The translations under genes and the position numbers were made by a program. A stretch of 62,125 nt of DNA, filler included. It is 4 parts of 4 records of this genome, joined end to end, with 100 filler letters (N's around TTAATTAATTAA, not from the genome) between each part and the next. Parts side by side here need not be neighbours in the genome. Positions count along the whole stretch, not along the records: positions 50,346 to 62,125 come from SRR20825019_909; 3 more parts are not named here. One strand, 5' to 3'. Positions 53,478 through 62,125 of this stretch are shown here, one piece after another (within the stretch, counting starts at the first letter, position 1; every line of letters begins with the position of its first letter). Below the pieces are notes generated by a model. That model was not told where the DNA came from, did not search any database, and worked only from the letters and a program-made list of their open reading frames with translations.

Positions 53478-53522
53478 CAATATATAGTAGTTTAGGGTGT
53501 GCCGAACCGCAATAAGTATTTT
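53475..53522 (-). promoter_or_regulatory. Sigma70-like promoter overlapped by tandem NrdR-box-like sites
   Basis: -35 at 53512-53507, -10 at 53489-53484; actCAATATATAGTag (53475-53490) and ccgCAATAAGTATTtt (53507-53522), 32 bp apart. Confidence 0.55.
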
Positions 53523-53626
53523 TGCGGGCAATTTCGTGAAATATTTAAAACGATCTCGAATTAATGGCCGGTTACTGAAGTAACCTTCTCCTTATTAAGG
53601 ATATATCGGCTGAGTCTTTGACTATA

Positions 53627-54508
53627 TTAAATGTTGTTTTCTGATCGTGGGGCGGCCTTGATTTCGGAGAGGCTGGCGAACTCTCTGTAGGCGGAAACGC
53701 AGGACGCGTAATAGGTGTCGCTTTCGTAAGCTGCGCTGGATATCGCCCGCTCTACTTCAGCGATCGCATCACCGTCACTTTTCAGAAATTGCTCCGTGCA
53801 GACTTTTTGCCGTTTCGCCAGCTCATGCAGGACTGGTTGCGGCGGGGGCGGGGCGGCTTTCAGAAAATCCAGGGCTGGCTGAAAATTCCGGGATCGGGTG
53901 AGGGCGATCATCTGATCCGATCCGGGGGCGAGGGATATCCCGCCGCCGGTACGGTTGACGCAGATGATCGGGAAGAATGCGGCCACTCCCGGAAACGCGG
54001 TATTCGCGTAGCTGTCGCACTTCCAGTAGGATTCCGCGATCCGGGCGAAATGAAAGAAATCGGATACCGGAACCATGCCGGACCTGGTGAGCGGCAGGAT
54101 CTCGATCGACGGTTTCGCCGGGTTGACGGTGTCGTTGGCGACATCGACATAGAATGTGCCGAACTGCATTGCATTCTGGAAATAGCTTTCCCGTAGAACA
54201 CCCCATATCTTGCGGCCGATGCCGCCGCCGCGAATGAAGCTCAGCAGGGCCAGGGATGTGGCGCATCGTGGCTGATGAATGTCGGCGACCAGCCGGTCAT
54301 AGACCGCGTCACGAATTTCCCGGCACCGGCCGAGCGGGTAGGGCTTGCCGCTGAATTCGGGGAGTTGCGGCGCAAGCACGGCGTCGACTTCCCGGCGCAA
54401 CCGACCGAGATAGTCCGTGAAAGCCGGAACGTCGATGTGGGTCTTGCTCAGGGAGCGTTGCCTGGCGTCAGGGGCCATCGGTTGCTGGGGAAGCAGTTCT
54501 GCCGCCAT
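53627..54508 (-). CDS. Hypothetical protein
   Basis: 293 aa ORF 31 nt downstream of GntR, same strand; no family recognised. Confidence 0.7.
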   Translation of the reverse strand: MAAELLPQQPMAPDARQRSLSKTHIDVPAFTDYLGRLRREVDAVLAPQLPEFSGKPYPLGRCREIRDAVYDRLVADIHQPRCATSLALLSFIRGGGIGRKIWGVLRESYFQNAMQFGTFYVDVANDTVNPAKPSIEILPLTRSGMVPVSDFFHFARIAESYWKCDSYANTAFPGVAAFFPIICVNRTGGGISLAPGSDQMIALTRSRNFQPALDFLKAAPPPPQPVLHELAKRQKVCTEQFLKSDGDAIAEVERAISSAAYESDTYYASCVSAYREFASLSEIKAAPRSENNI

Positions 54509-54539
54509 GGGAGTGATCCGTGGGTTTGGGGGGGCGGGT

Positions 54540-55202
54540 TTATTCCGCGCCTGCTTCCAGTCCGGTCTGCAGGGGGCCGGACTCGTTGATATGGCCGGAG
54601 ATTACTGCTTTCAGGCGGGGCGCGTCCCGGTCGGCAAGAGCCTCGACGATCATGAAATGGTCCTTGTTGACCTTTTCAAGCTGGGCGACCGTTCTCCAGC
54701 GCGTCACGGGGGCTGCCGGACCGCGTGCCCGCATTTCCATGATCAACTCGACCATGCTCGCATTATCGCACAGCTTGAGCAGACGCTGATGGAACGCGAG
54801 GTTGGCATCGTTGAGAGAGAGAACAGTACCGTCGTAGCTTGCCTGCTGAAACACCTCCGCCAGGGCATACAGTTCGGTTACGTCCGCGTCCGTTGCATTC
54901 CGGATGATCTCGTCGACGGCGGCAGTTTCCAGCAGGGTGCGGATGGCGCGCAATTCCCGCCGTCTGGTCGCGTCGAGGGCGTAAACCCGGTAGCCGCGAT
55001 TGGGGATATGCTCCACCAGACGCTTCGCGACCAATTCGTCGAGCGCCTTTCGGACAGCAATCCTCTTTGCGCCATAGCGCTCTTCCAGATCGATCTGTTT
55101 CAGCCAGACCCCGGGGCCGTACGTTCCGATCCTGATATCGGTAAATATCTGTTCGGAAAGGCTTTGGGGGATCTGCGAGACGGTCTTGGTGTTTTTTACC
55201 AT
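54540..55202 (-). CDS. GntR/FCD family transcriptional regulator
   Basis: wHTH (YGAKRIAVRKAL...PNRGY) and FCD domain (NLAFH, DHFMI). Confidence 0.92.
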   Translation of the reverse strand: MVKNTKTVSQIPQSLSEQIFTDIRIGTYGPGVWLKQIDLEERYGAKRIAVRKALDELVAKRLVEHIPNRGYRVYALDATRRRELRAIRTLLETAAVDEIIRNATDADVTELYALAEVFQQASYDGTVLSLNDANLAFHQRLLKLCDNASMVELIMEMRARGPAAPVTRWRTVAQLEKVNKDHFMIVEALADRDAPRLKAVISGHINESGPLQTGLEAGAE

Positions 55203-55283
55203 TGATTGCGCAGCGTATCGCTTTTGCTGTTGTTTCGAACAGGGTGGATACCTATTTCCGGCGCCTTCTGCAAGCTATGCCGG

Positions 55284-55294
55284 TGGTGATACCA
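55284..55294. promoter_or_regulatory. Candidate GntR (FadR-type) operator
   Basis: TGGT-GAT-ACCA palindrome in the divergent intergenic region; related GGTGGATACC near 55243. Confidence 0.45.
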
Positions 55295-55406
55295 ATTTGT
55301 GAATAAAATATGGCGTTTAAATTGGCGCCAATATTGACGACTTATTTTTGCGCCCTTATGGTTTTCGGAGATTAGCGCCTCAACGGTGCTCCTACCGGAG
55401 ATTTCA

Positions 55407-56273
55407 ATGTCCACAGCGTCTTCCGAAAACGCCGCCGAACGCAGGCGGGCTCTCTATGATCGTGGTTTCACGATCTCTTTTGCCTGCCGGGCGGATCCGC
55501 GTTTCTCTTATTGCCTGTTCGTTCCCGAGGATCTCGGGGAGGCCGGGGAACCTGACCTGCTGGTCGCGGTTCACGGCACGGGACGGGCGCAGGAGGAATA
55601 TCGCAACACCTTCGGCGAATTCGGGCGCTACAACAATTGCGTCATTCTTGCCCCGCTGTTCCCGGCGGGTGTGCGCGGCGATGACGAGCGCGACGGCTAT
55701 AAATACATCCTCGAAGGCGATATTCGCTATGACGAGATCGTTCTCTCGATGGTGAAAGAGGTCGAGGAACGCCTCGCTGTCAGCTTCCCGAAGTTCATGA
55801 TGTTCGGTTTCTCGGGCGGCGGGCATTTCACGCACCGCTTCCTGTACCTGCATCCGGAGCGCCTGAAGGCGGTCTCGATCGGCTCGCCGGGCTCAATCAC
55901 GCTACTGGATGACAGCCGCGACTGGTGGGTCGGCATTCGCAACATGAAGGAAATGTTTGGCAAGTCGGTCGATTTCGACGCGCTGCGCAAGGTTGCGGTC
56001 CATCTGATCGTCGGTGGTGCCGATACCGAAGGCTGGGAAATCACCCACAAGCCGGGCGGGGCACGCTGGATGGAAGGCTGCAACGATGCGGGCAAGACCC
56101 GGATCGAGCGCAACACGGCGCTGAAGAAATCCCTGGAATCCCATGGCGTGACGGTCAAGCAGGAGATCGTGCCGAATGTCGCGCACTCGATGCGTGGCGT
56201 GGCGTTGCATGTGAAGACCTTCTTTCTCGGTGTCCTGAAGGGCAAGCAGGACAAGAGGGGGGAAGCAGCATGA
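55407..56273 (+). CDS. Alpha/beta hydrolase (depolymerase-like)
   Basis: GGAG RBS; VHGTGR, GFSGG nucleophile elbow, GGAD, VAH. Confidence 0.85.
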   Translation: MSTASSENAAERRRALYDRGFTISFACRADPRFSYCLFVPEDLGEAGEPDLLVAVHGTGRAQEEYRNTFGEFGRYNNCVILAPLFPAGVRGDDERDGYKYILEGDIRYDEIVLSMVKEVEERLAVSFPKFMMFGFSGGGHFTHRFLYLHPERLKAVSIGSPGSITLLDDSRDWWVGIRNMKEMFGKSVDFDALRKVAVHLIVGGADTEGWEITHKPGGARWMEGCNDAGKTRIERNTALKKSLESHGVTVKQEIVPNVAHSMRGVALHVKTFFLGVLKGKQDKRGEAA

Positions 56274-57385
56274 CGGAGAGCATTGCGCCTCCCTTCATCG
56301 AAGTTGAAGGTCCTATCGCCGAACGTGGCGCCCAGTATGGCCGTGCGGCCGATGCACGGGTGAAGCGGGGAGCAGAACTCTACAAGGGGTTCCTTGATGC
56401 GCGCGGCGTGTCCTGGGGGCAGGTTGTCGACGCGACACGGCTGCTGTCCGAACGCCTCAAGGATCTTTATCCCGAGCAGCATGACGAGCTGGAGGCTATT
56501 GCGAAAGGCGCCGGTGTCGATCTTGCCGAGGTCATGTTGATCAATGGCCGTAGCGAGGTGCTGAATGCCGCCGCGGTCGCGCTGAAGGAAGAAGAGAAAA
56601 CCGAGATCGACGATGGCTGTACGGCCGCAGTCGCCCTGCCGGAGAAAACGGCCGAAGGACGGTTGATCCACTGCCAGAACTGGGACTGGCGTCCGGAATG
56701 CGAGGAGACGGCCGTGATCGTGGCCGTTCGCCGCGAGGACGGACCGGACCTGCTGACCTATGTTGAGGCGGGCGGACTCGCCCGTGCCGGCTTCAACGAG
56801 ATCGGCGTTGCCGTCACCGGGAACAACCTGACCATCGAGGGTGAGGACTGGAGCCGTCCGGGCGTTCCATTGTCCGTGATCCGGCGGCTGATTTTGGAAG
56901 CCCCGACCTATCCCGAGGCGATGAACGCGATTGCGCGGACGCCGCGCACGGTTTCCAACAACATGATCGTGAGCTGCGCCCAGGATACCGGGGATGCAAT
57001 CAATCTGGAGACCACGCCAGATGAAATTTTCTGGGTTGCACCGGAAGATGGTCTGCTGACCCACTCCAACCATTTTGTAAGCCAGGCGGCGCGGGCCAAA
57101 GTGGTAGATCGCGGTGTCCTGCAGGGCATGGATTCGCTGTACCGGGACCGCCGGGTCCGCGCGCATCTCGCACGCTGCGGCTCGAAGGTCACCATCGATG
57201 ATTTCAAGGCCGCCTTCTCGGACAAGTTCGGTCATCCGCGCGCGGTTCTGCGCACGCCGGACCCGACCAGCTCGAACCAGATCTCGGCCACCGTGGCGAC
57301 CATCATCATGGATGCCGCCGACCGGGTGATGTGGGTCCGGCAGTCGCCGTACCGCAGCGAGGAATACGTGAAATACCACCTTTAA
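56270..57385 (+). CDS. Peptidase C45 / acyl-CoA:6-APA acyltransferase-like Ntn hydrolase
   Basis: ATGA overlap; INGRSE, DG|CT autocleavage site, QNWDW, GFNEIG, HSNHF. Confidence 0.9.
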   Translation: MTESIAPPFIEVEGPIAERGAQYGRAADARVKRGAELYKGFLDARGVSWGQVVDATRLLSERLKDLYPEQHDELEAIAKGAGVDLAEVMLINGRSEVLNAAAVALKEEEKTEIDDGCTAAVALPEKTAEGRLIHCQNWDWRPECEETAVIVAVRREDGPDLLTYVEAGGLARAGFNEIGVAVTGNNLTIEGEDWSRPGVPLSVIRRLILEAPTYPEAMNAIARTPRTVSNNMIVSCAQDTGDAINLETTPDEIFWVAPEDGLLTHSNHFVSQAARAKVVDRGVLQGMDSLYRDRRVRAHLARCGSKVTIDDFKAAFSDKFGHPRAVLRTPDPTSSNQISATVATIIMDAADRVMWVRQSPYRSEEYVKYHL

Positions 57386-57441
57386 GTCCGTCCAGACCCT
57401 CGGACGGATCATAACCGAGCACATAACAGGGAGATGGGTCA

Positions 57442-58986
57442 GTGAAGTTGCATAAACATCTGATTACCAGTGCCGCTGCCTTGGCACTGGTCGTCGCCGC
57501 GGCCGGACAGGCCAAAGCGGAGAAGGTCCTCGACGTGGCCTTCACCCAGGACATCCGGGGCACCAACCCGGGCGTCGACCGTGACGGCAACACCGACACG
57601 GTTCACATGCATATTGTCGAGGGACTGGTCGCCTATGCCGCCGATTTCTCGATCAAGCCGATGCTGGCGGACAGCTGGACGGTCAGCGATGACGGTCTGA
57701 CATATACCTTCAAGCTGCGTCCGGGCGTGAAGTTCCACAACGGTGCGGACATGACGTCCGCCGAAGTGAAATGGTCCTGGGACCGCTTCATGGACAAGGC
57801 CACCAAATGGCGTTGCCGCAGCTATTTCATGAACGGCGATGCGCCGGCGGTGACCATGGCGACGCCGGACGCGTCCACAATCGTCTACACGCTGGATAGC
57901 CCGAACGCGACGTTCCTCGGAAACCTGGCCCGCTTCGATTGCGGCAACACCGCCGTGCTGCATCCGGATTCGGTTGATGCCGACGGCAAGTGGAAAGCCC
58001 CGATCGGTACCGGTCCGTTCAAGTTCGGCGCCATCGAGCCCGGCCGTTATATCGATCTGGTCAAGTTCGACGGCTACAACTCGCGCACCGATGCCCAGGA
58101 TGGTTATGCCGGCCGCAAGGACGTGCTGGTTGACCGGGTGCGGTTGCACGTGCTGCCGGAAGCCTCTGTCATCAAGACGGCTTATCAGGCTGGCGACCTC
58201 GACCTGATCTCTATCGAAGCCGCTGCCATTCCCGAGCTTGAAGCCGTGCCGAATACCACGGTGATCAAGGCCGAGACGGCTGTCTGGGATACGCTGCTGA
58301 TCAATTCCCGCGACTCGCTGCTGAAGGATGTTCGTATCCGTCAGGCCATGGCGCATGCCATCGATCGCGACCAGATCATCGCCGTTATCAGCGAAGGCCA
58401 GGGCCGGGCGAACCCGTCTCCGGTGCCGCCGGTTTCCTCCTACTTCAGCGATGAGCTGTGGAAGAAGCTGCCTTACGATCTCGACAAGGCGAAAGCTCTG
58501 CTCGAAGAGGCCGGATACAAGGGCGAGCCGATCAGCATCGTGGCCAACAAGCGTGCGGGTGCCTATTACGAGCGTGCCCTGATCGCCCAGAGCATGTTGC
58601 GCAAGGCTGGTATCAATACCGAGCTGAAGGTCCTGGAATGGGGCACCCAGCTCGACATGTACAAGACCGGCAAATACCAGATGCAGTCATTCTCGTACTC
58701 GCCGCGCCTTGATCCGGCATTGAGCTTCGAGATGATTTCCGGCACCAAGGCCCGCAAGGTTTGGCAGGATCCGGAAGCCATCGCTCTGGTGAAGAAGGCC
58801 ATGGTCACTTCCGTTGCCGCGGAACGCCAGAAAATGGTCAACCAGCTGCATGCCATGTTCATCGAGCAGGTCCCGGCCATCGGCCTCGGCCATCGTATGG
58901 AATTCTATGCGGTCCGCGACAAGGTGACGGGCTTCAAGGGCTGGGGTGCCGGCAAGATGATCTTCTGGGGCGTGGACGTTAAATAG
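57442..58986 (+). CDS. Dpp/Opp-type ABC substrate-binding protein (family 5)
   Basis: Signal peptide, LADSWTVSDDGLTYTFKLRPGVKFHNG, IGTGPF. Confidence 0.93.
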   Translation: MKLHKHLITSAAALALVVAAAGQAKAEKVLDVAFTQDIRGTNPGVDRDGNTDTVHMHIVEGLVAYAADFSIKPMLADSWTVSDDGLTYTFKLRPGVKFHNGADMTSAEVKWSWDRFMDKATKWRCRSYFMNGDAPAVTMATPDASTIVYTLDSPNATFLGNLARFDCGNTAVLHPDSVDADGKWKAPIGTGPFKFGAIEPGRYIDLVKFDGYNSRTDAQDGYAGRKDVLVDRVRLHVLPEASVIKTAYQAGDLDLISIEAAAIPELEAVPNTTVIKAETAVWDTLLINSRDSLLKDVRIRQAMAHAIDRDQIIAVISEGQGRANPSPVPPVSSYFSDELWKKLPYDLDKAKALLEEAGYKGEPISIVANKRAGAYYERALIAQSMLRKAGINTELKVLEWGTQLDMYKTGKYQMQSFSYSPRLDPALSFEMISGTKARKVWQDPEAIALVKKAMVTSVAAERQKMVNQLHAMFIEQVPAIGLGHRMEFYAVRDKVTGFKGWGAGKMIFWGVDVK

Positions 58987-59024
58987 GTCCTGAAGATCCA
59001 ACAATGAACGGGTGTGGGTAGCAC

Positions 59025-59969
59025 ATGTGGTCTTTTGTCTTAAAACGCAGCCTGATGGCGCTGCCCACGCTGTTCCTTGTCTCGGTGATCGTCTTCACCC
59101 TGATCCGGCTGATCCCGGGCGACCCGGCGGAGCTGATGCTCTCCGACCTGGACGACCCGGTGATCGTCGCGCAGATGCGGGCGGATCTGGGGCTCGACAA
59201 GCCTATTCCGGTGCAGTTCGGAATTTGGCTCAAGAATCTCGCGACAGGGGATTTCGGGGTATCGATCCGCACGCACGAGCCGGTGCTTGATGCATTGCTT
59301 GATCGTCTCTCGGTGACGGCCACGGTGGTTTCCATCGCGGTGGTCTTCGCCACCCTGATTGCGATCCCCGCCGGACTGATCGCCGCCAGGTTCCAGAATA
59401 CCGGCATCGATTTCGCCATCGTTCTGGCGGCCATCGTGAAACTTTCCATGCCGAGCTTCTGGGTCGGGTTGATGTTGCTGCTGTTGTTTGGCGTCTATTT
59501 GAAATGGCTGCCAACAATCGGCTTCGTCACCCTGAGCGAGGATTTCGGCCTCGGCATGATCTATCTGATCCTGCCCGTCAGCTCGCTCGCCCTGACCGAA
59601 GTTGCCGTGCTGACCCGGATGATGCGCTCCAGCACACTGGAAGTGCTGCGTCAGGAATATGTCACCCACGCCCGCGCCAAGGGCCTGTCTGAAGGTGCCG
59701 TGATGCTGCGGCACGTCCTGAAGAACGCCGCTGGCCCGACACTCACCATGCTTGGCCTCATTCTGGCCTCGCTGCTGGGCGGCGCGGCGGTGACCGAAAC
59801 CGTTTTCAGCCTGCCCGGTATCGGCAAGCTGGTGGTCGACAGCATTTACGCCCGCGACTATCCGACATTGCAGGGCGCCCTGTTGCTGATCGCCGGTATC
59901 TACGTCGTGGTCAACCTCATCATTGATCTTCTTTACGCCGCGCTTGACCCCAAGGTTCGCTTGCAATGA
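59025..59969 (+). CDS. ABC permease, DppB-type
   Basis: IPGDPA, GLDKP, EYVTHARAKGL, RDYP. Confidence 0.93.
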   Translation: MWSFVLKRSLMALPTLFLVSVIVFTLIRLIPGDPAELMLSDLDDPVIVAQMRADLGLDKPIPVQFGIWLKNLATGDFGVSIRTHEPVLDALLDRLSVTATVVSIAVVFATLIAIPAGLIAARFQNTGIDFAIVLAAIVKLSMPSFWVGLMLLLLFGVYLKWLPTIGFVTLSEDFGLGMIYLILPVSSLALTEVAVLTRMMRSSTLEVLRQEYVTHARAKGLSEGAVMLRHVLKNAAGPTLTMLGLILASLLGGAAVTETVFSLPGIGKLVVDSIYARDYPTLQGALLLIAGIYVVVNLIIDLLYAALDPKVRLQ

Positions 59970-60811
59970 GACGACTGAAATCGCTGCTTTCGCGCCCCAA
60001 TGGCCTGATTGGCGGCACGATGATCGGCCTTGTGCTTCTGGCCGCGCTGACCGGTGTGATCTACACACCCTATGATCCGGAGGGCACGGACTTCATGCTG
60101 CGCTTCGCGCCGGCATCGGCGGAGCATCTTTTTGGCACCGATATGTTCGGCCGGGACCAGCTTTCCCGCATCCTGGCGGGGGCCAGCGTATCGGTCACCA
60201 TCAGTGTGCTGACGGTGCTTCTGGCTGCGTCCGGCGGTGTGGTGATCGGCGCGCTCTGCGGCTTCATTCAGGGGACATTCGACCGTCTGGTGATGATGGT
60301 CATCGAAGCGTTGATGGCCTTTCCCGGTATCCTGCTTGCCCTGTCGCTGATGGTGGTGATCGGCCCGAACAAATATGGCGTGGTGCTGGCCTTGTCGCTG
60401 GCCTATCTGCCGTCCGTCACCCGATTGATCCGGGGTGCCGTGCTTTCGGTGCGGGAAAAGGAATATGTCGAGGCCTCGATCGCGCTCGGCAATGGGCCGG
60501 TCTACACCCTGGCCCGCCATATCCTGCCGAACTGTATCGCACCGCTGATCGTGCTGTGCACAACGATGTTCGGCTGGGTGCTACTGGCGGAAAGCGCTCT
60601 CAGTTTCCTCGGCCTTGGCGTTCCGCCGCCGGCGCCGACCTGGGGCAACATGCTGGCCGAGGCGCGCTCGCATCTGATGCGCGATCCCTGGCTTGGCATC
60701 CTGCCGGGCTTGTGTGTCTCCGTCGCCCTTGTCGGGGTCAATCTGTTCGGTGACGCGCTGCGCGATGAACTCGACCCGCGTGATACCTTCGTGAAACGGG
60801 AGCCGAAATGA
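59966..60811 (+). CDS. ABC permease, DppC-type
   Basis: FGTDMFGRD, EYVEASIALG, LSFLGLG, GDALRDELDP. Confidence 0.93.
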   Translation: MRRLKSLLSRPNGLIGGTMIGLVLLAALTGVIYTPYDPEGTDFMLRFAPASAEHLFGTDMFGRDQLSRILAGASVSVTISVLTVLLAASGGVVIGALCGFIQGTFDRLVMMVIEALMAFPGILLALSLMVVIGPNKYGVVLALSLAYLPSVTRLIRGAVLSVREKEYVEASIALGNGPVYTLARHILPNCIAPLIVLCTTMFGWVLLAESALSFLGLGVPPPAPTWGNMLAEARSHLMRDPWLGILPGLCVSVALVGVNLFGDALRDELDPRDTFVKREPK

Positions 60812-62125
60812 CCGCCGAGACCAATCTGCTCGAGGTCCGCGGACTCGAGGTGACTTTCCCGATCCCCGGCCGTGAGGTGCGGGCCTGCCAGAATGTCGAT
60901 CTGACGATCGCTCCGGGGCAGATTCATGCCGTGGTCGGCGAGTCGGGCAGTGGCAAGACCATGCTCGCGCGCTCAACCTTGCGGCTGCTGCCGCCGCCGG
61001 CACTGATCACCGCCGGCTCCATCCATTTCGAGGGCCGCGATCTTGTCGAGGCGTCGGAACTGGAGATGCGGAAGGTGCGCGGTGCGCGTATCGGCATGAT
61101 TTTCCAGGAGCCGCTGGTTTCTCTCAATCCGGCATTGCGGATCGGCCGGCAGATGGCAGAGGCCATGCGCCTGCACACGGACCTTCCGATGGAAGAGATC
61201 CGGGCAAAGGCCGTCGAGATGCTGCGGGCTGTGCGCATGCCGGACCCGGAAGGGTGCCTCTCGCGCTATCCGCATGAATTCTCCGGCGGGATGCGTCAGC
61301 GCATCATGATTGCGTCGGTCATGATGATGCGTCCGGCCCTGTTGCTGGCGGACGAGCCGACCACCGCGCTTGATGCCGTCGTGCAACGCGAGGTGCTCGA
61401 CATCATGGCGGATATCGTCAAGGAATTCGGCACCTCCATCATGCTGGTGAGCCATGACCTTGGCGTGGTCGCCCGCTATGCCGATGAGGCGACGGTGATG
61501 GAAAAGGGTGTGGTCGTCGAGCAGGGCGCCTCGGGCAAACTGCTTGCGCAGCCATCGCATCCTTACACCCAGAAACTGTTGAGCTCCCTGCCGAAGCCGC
61601 CGACAAGCTCCCGCGCAAGCACGGAGGCACGCCAGCCTCTGCTTAGTGCCCGTGATATTGAAGTGCATTACGAGACGCCCTCCCGCTGGCCTTTCGGCAA
61701 ACCGCGCCTGCATCGTGCCGTTGCCGGCATGTCCCTCGACATTCATGCGGATGAAATGGTCGGGCTGGTTGGCGAGTCCGGTAGCGGCAAGAGCACGCTT
61801 GGACGTGCCCTGATCCGGCTGAAGGATCCCAGCGCGGGATCGGTCACGCTGGACGGGAAGGATATTCTGCCGCTTTCGGGCGCCGAACTCCGGGATGTTC
61901 GCCGCCAGCTTCAGATCATCTTCCAGGATCCGTATTCCTCTCTTAACCCAAGGATGCGGATCGGCGCGCTGGTCGGCGAAGGATTACGCCATATCGACGA
62001 TATCAGTCCGACCAAGGCGCGTGAGCGGGTGCTCGACATGCTGGATGCGGTGGGCCTTGGGCGCAGCTATGCCGACCGGTTTCCGCACGAGATGTCCGGT
62101 GGACAGCGCCAGCGCGTCGCCATTG
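60808..62125 (+). CDS. Fused DppD/F-type ABC ATPase (3' truncated)
   Basis: ATG 60808 (ATGA overlap); GESGSGKT, FSGGMRQR, DEPTTALD, second GESGSGKS and MSGGQRQR. Missing from the ORF track (no stop). Confidence 0.93.
   Translation, partial: MTAETNLLEVRGLEVTFPIPGREVRACQNVDLTIAPGQIHAVVGESGSGKTMLARSTLRLLPPPALITAGSIHFEGRDLVEASELEMRKVRGARIGMIFQEPLVSLNPALRIGRQMAEAMRLHTDLPMEEIRAKAVEMLRAVRMPDPEGCLSRYPHEFSGGMRQRIMIASVMMMRPALLLADEPTTALDAVVQREVLDIMADIVKEFGTSIMLVSHDLGVVARYADEATVMEKGVVVEQGASGKLLAQPSHPYTQKLLSSLPKPPTSSRASTEARQPLLSARDIEVHYETPSRWPFGKPRLHRAVAGMSLDIHADEMVGLVGESGSGKSTLGRALIRLKDPSAGSVTLDGKDILPLSGAELRDVRRQLQIIFQDPYSSLNPRMRIGALVGEGLRHIDDISPTKARERVLDMLDAVGLGRSYADRFPHEMSGGQRQRVAI

Noticed and set aside
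55727-61746. Long minus-strand ORFs (565, 305, 342, 257 aa) and the 5' extension of 55925..57385
   Set aside because: Shadows of real plus-strand genes in high-GC DNA; the C45 gene starts at 56270.
1-62125. CRISPR array, integrase, transposase, prophage or defence genes
   Set aside because: No regularly spaced repeats or such protein motifs seen in any segment.

Overview
The window is not one locus. It is four unrelated contigs joined by artificial 100-nt spacers (44 N + TTAATTAATTAA + 44 N) at 22893-22992, 38443-38542 and 50246-50345. (1) 1-22892: AT-rich Flavobacteriaceae-type housekeeping region (fbp end, mfd, metG, tex, recQ, ssb, peptidases, threonine dehydrogenase). (2) 22993-38442: a very compact eukaryotic contig, probably a flagellated protist, with ten genes rebuilt across 22 GT-AG introns (21 of them 46-61 nt), GC-rich islands between divergent genes and almost no space between convergent genes. 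(3) 38543-50245: a second Flavobacteriaceae-type contig with an S9 peptidase/DUF4440/amidohydrolase/AraC/serine hydrolase cluster plus gnd and zwf. (4) 50346-62125: a GC-rich alphaproteobacterial contig (clpA end, FemAB-like GNAT, RidA, and a GntR-hydrolase-C45-Dpp ABC operon). The best candidate for an undescribed system is a ~220-nt multi-stem RNA at 53256-53477 (-) with its own sigma70-like promoter and terminator; tandem NrdR-box-like sites overlap the promoter, yet no ribonucleotide reductase gene is nearby. Other leads are REP-like palindrome remnants in frame inside metG and mfd, and a tandem-GFA protein ending in a CaaX box. Taxonomic labels and family calls are from recognition of sequence motifs, not database searches.
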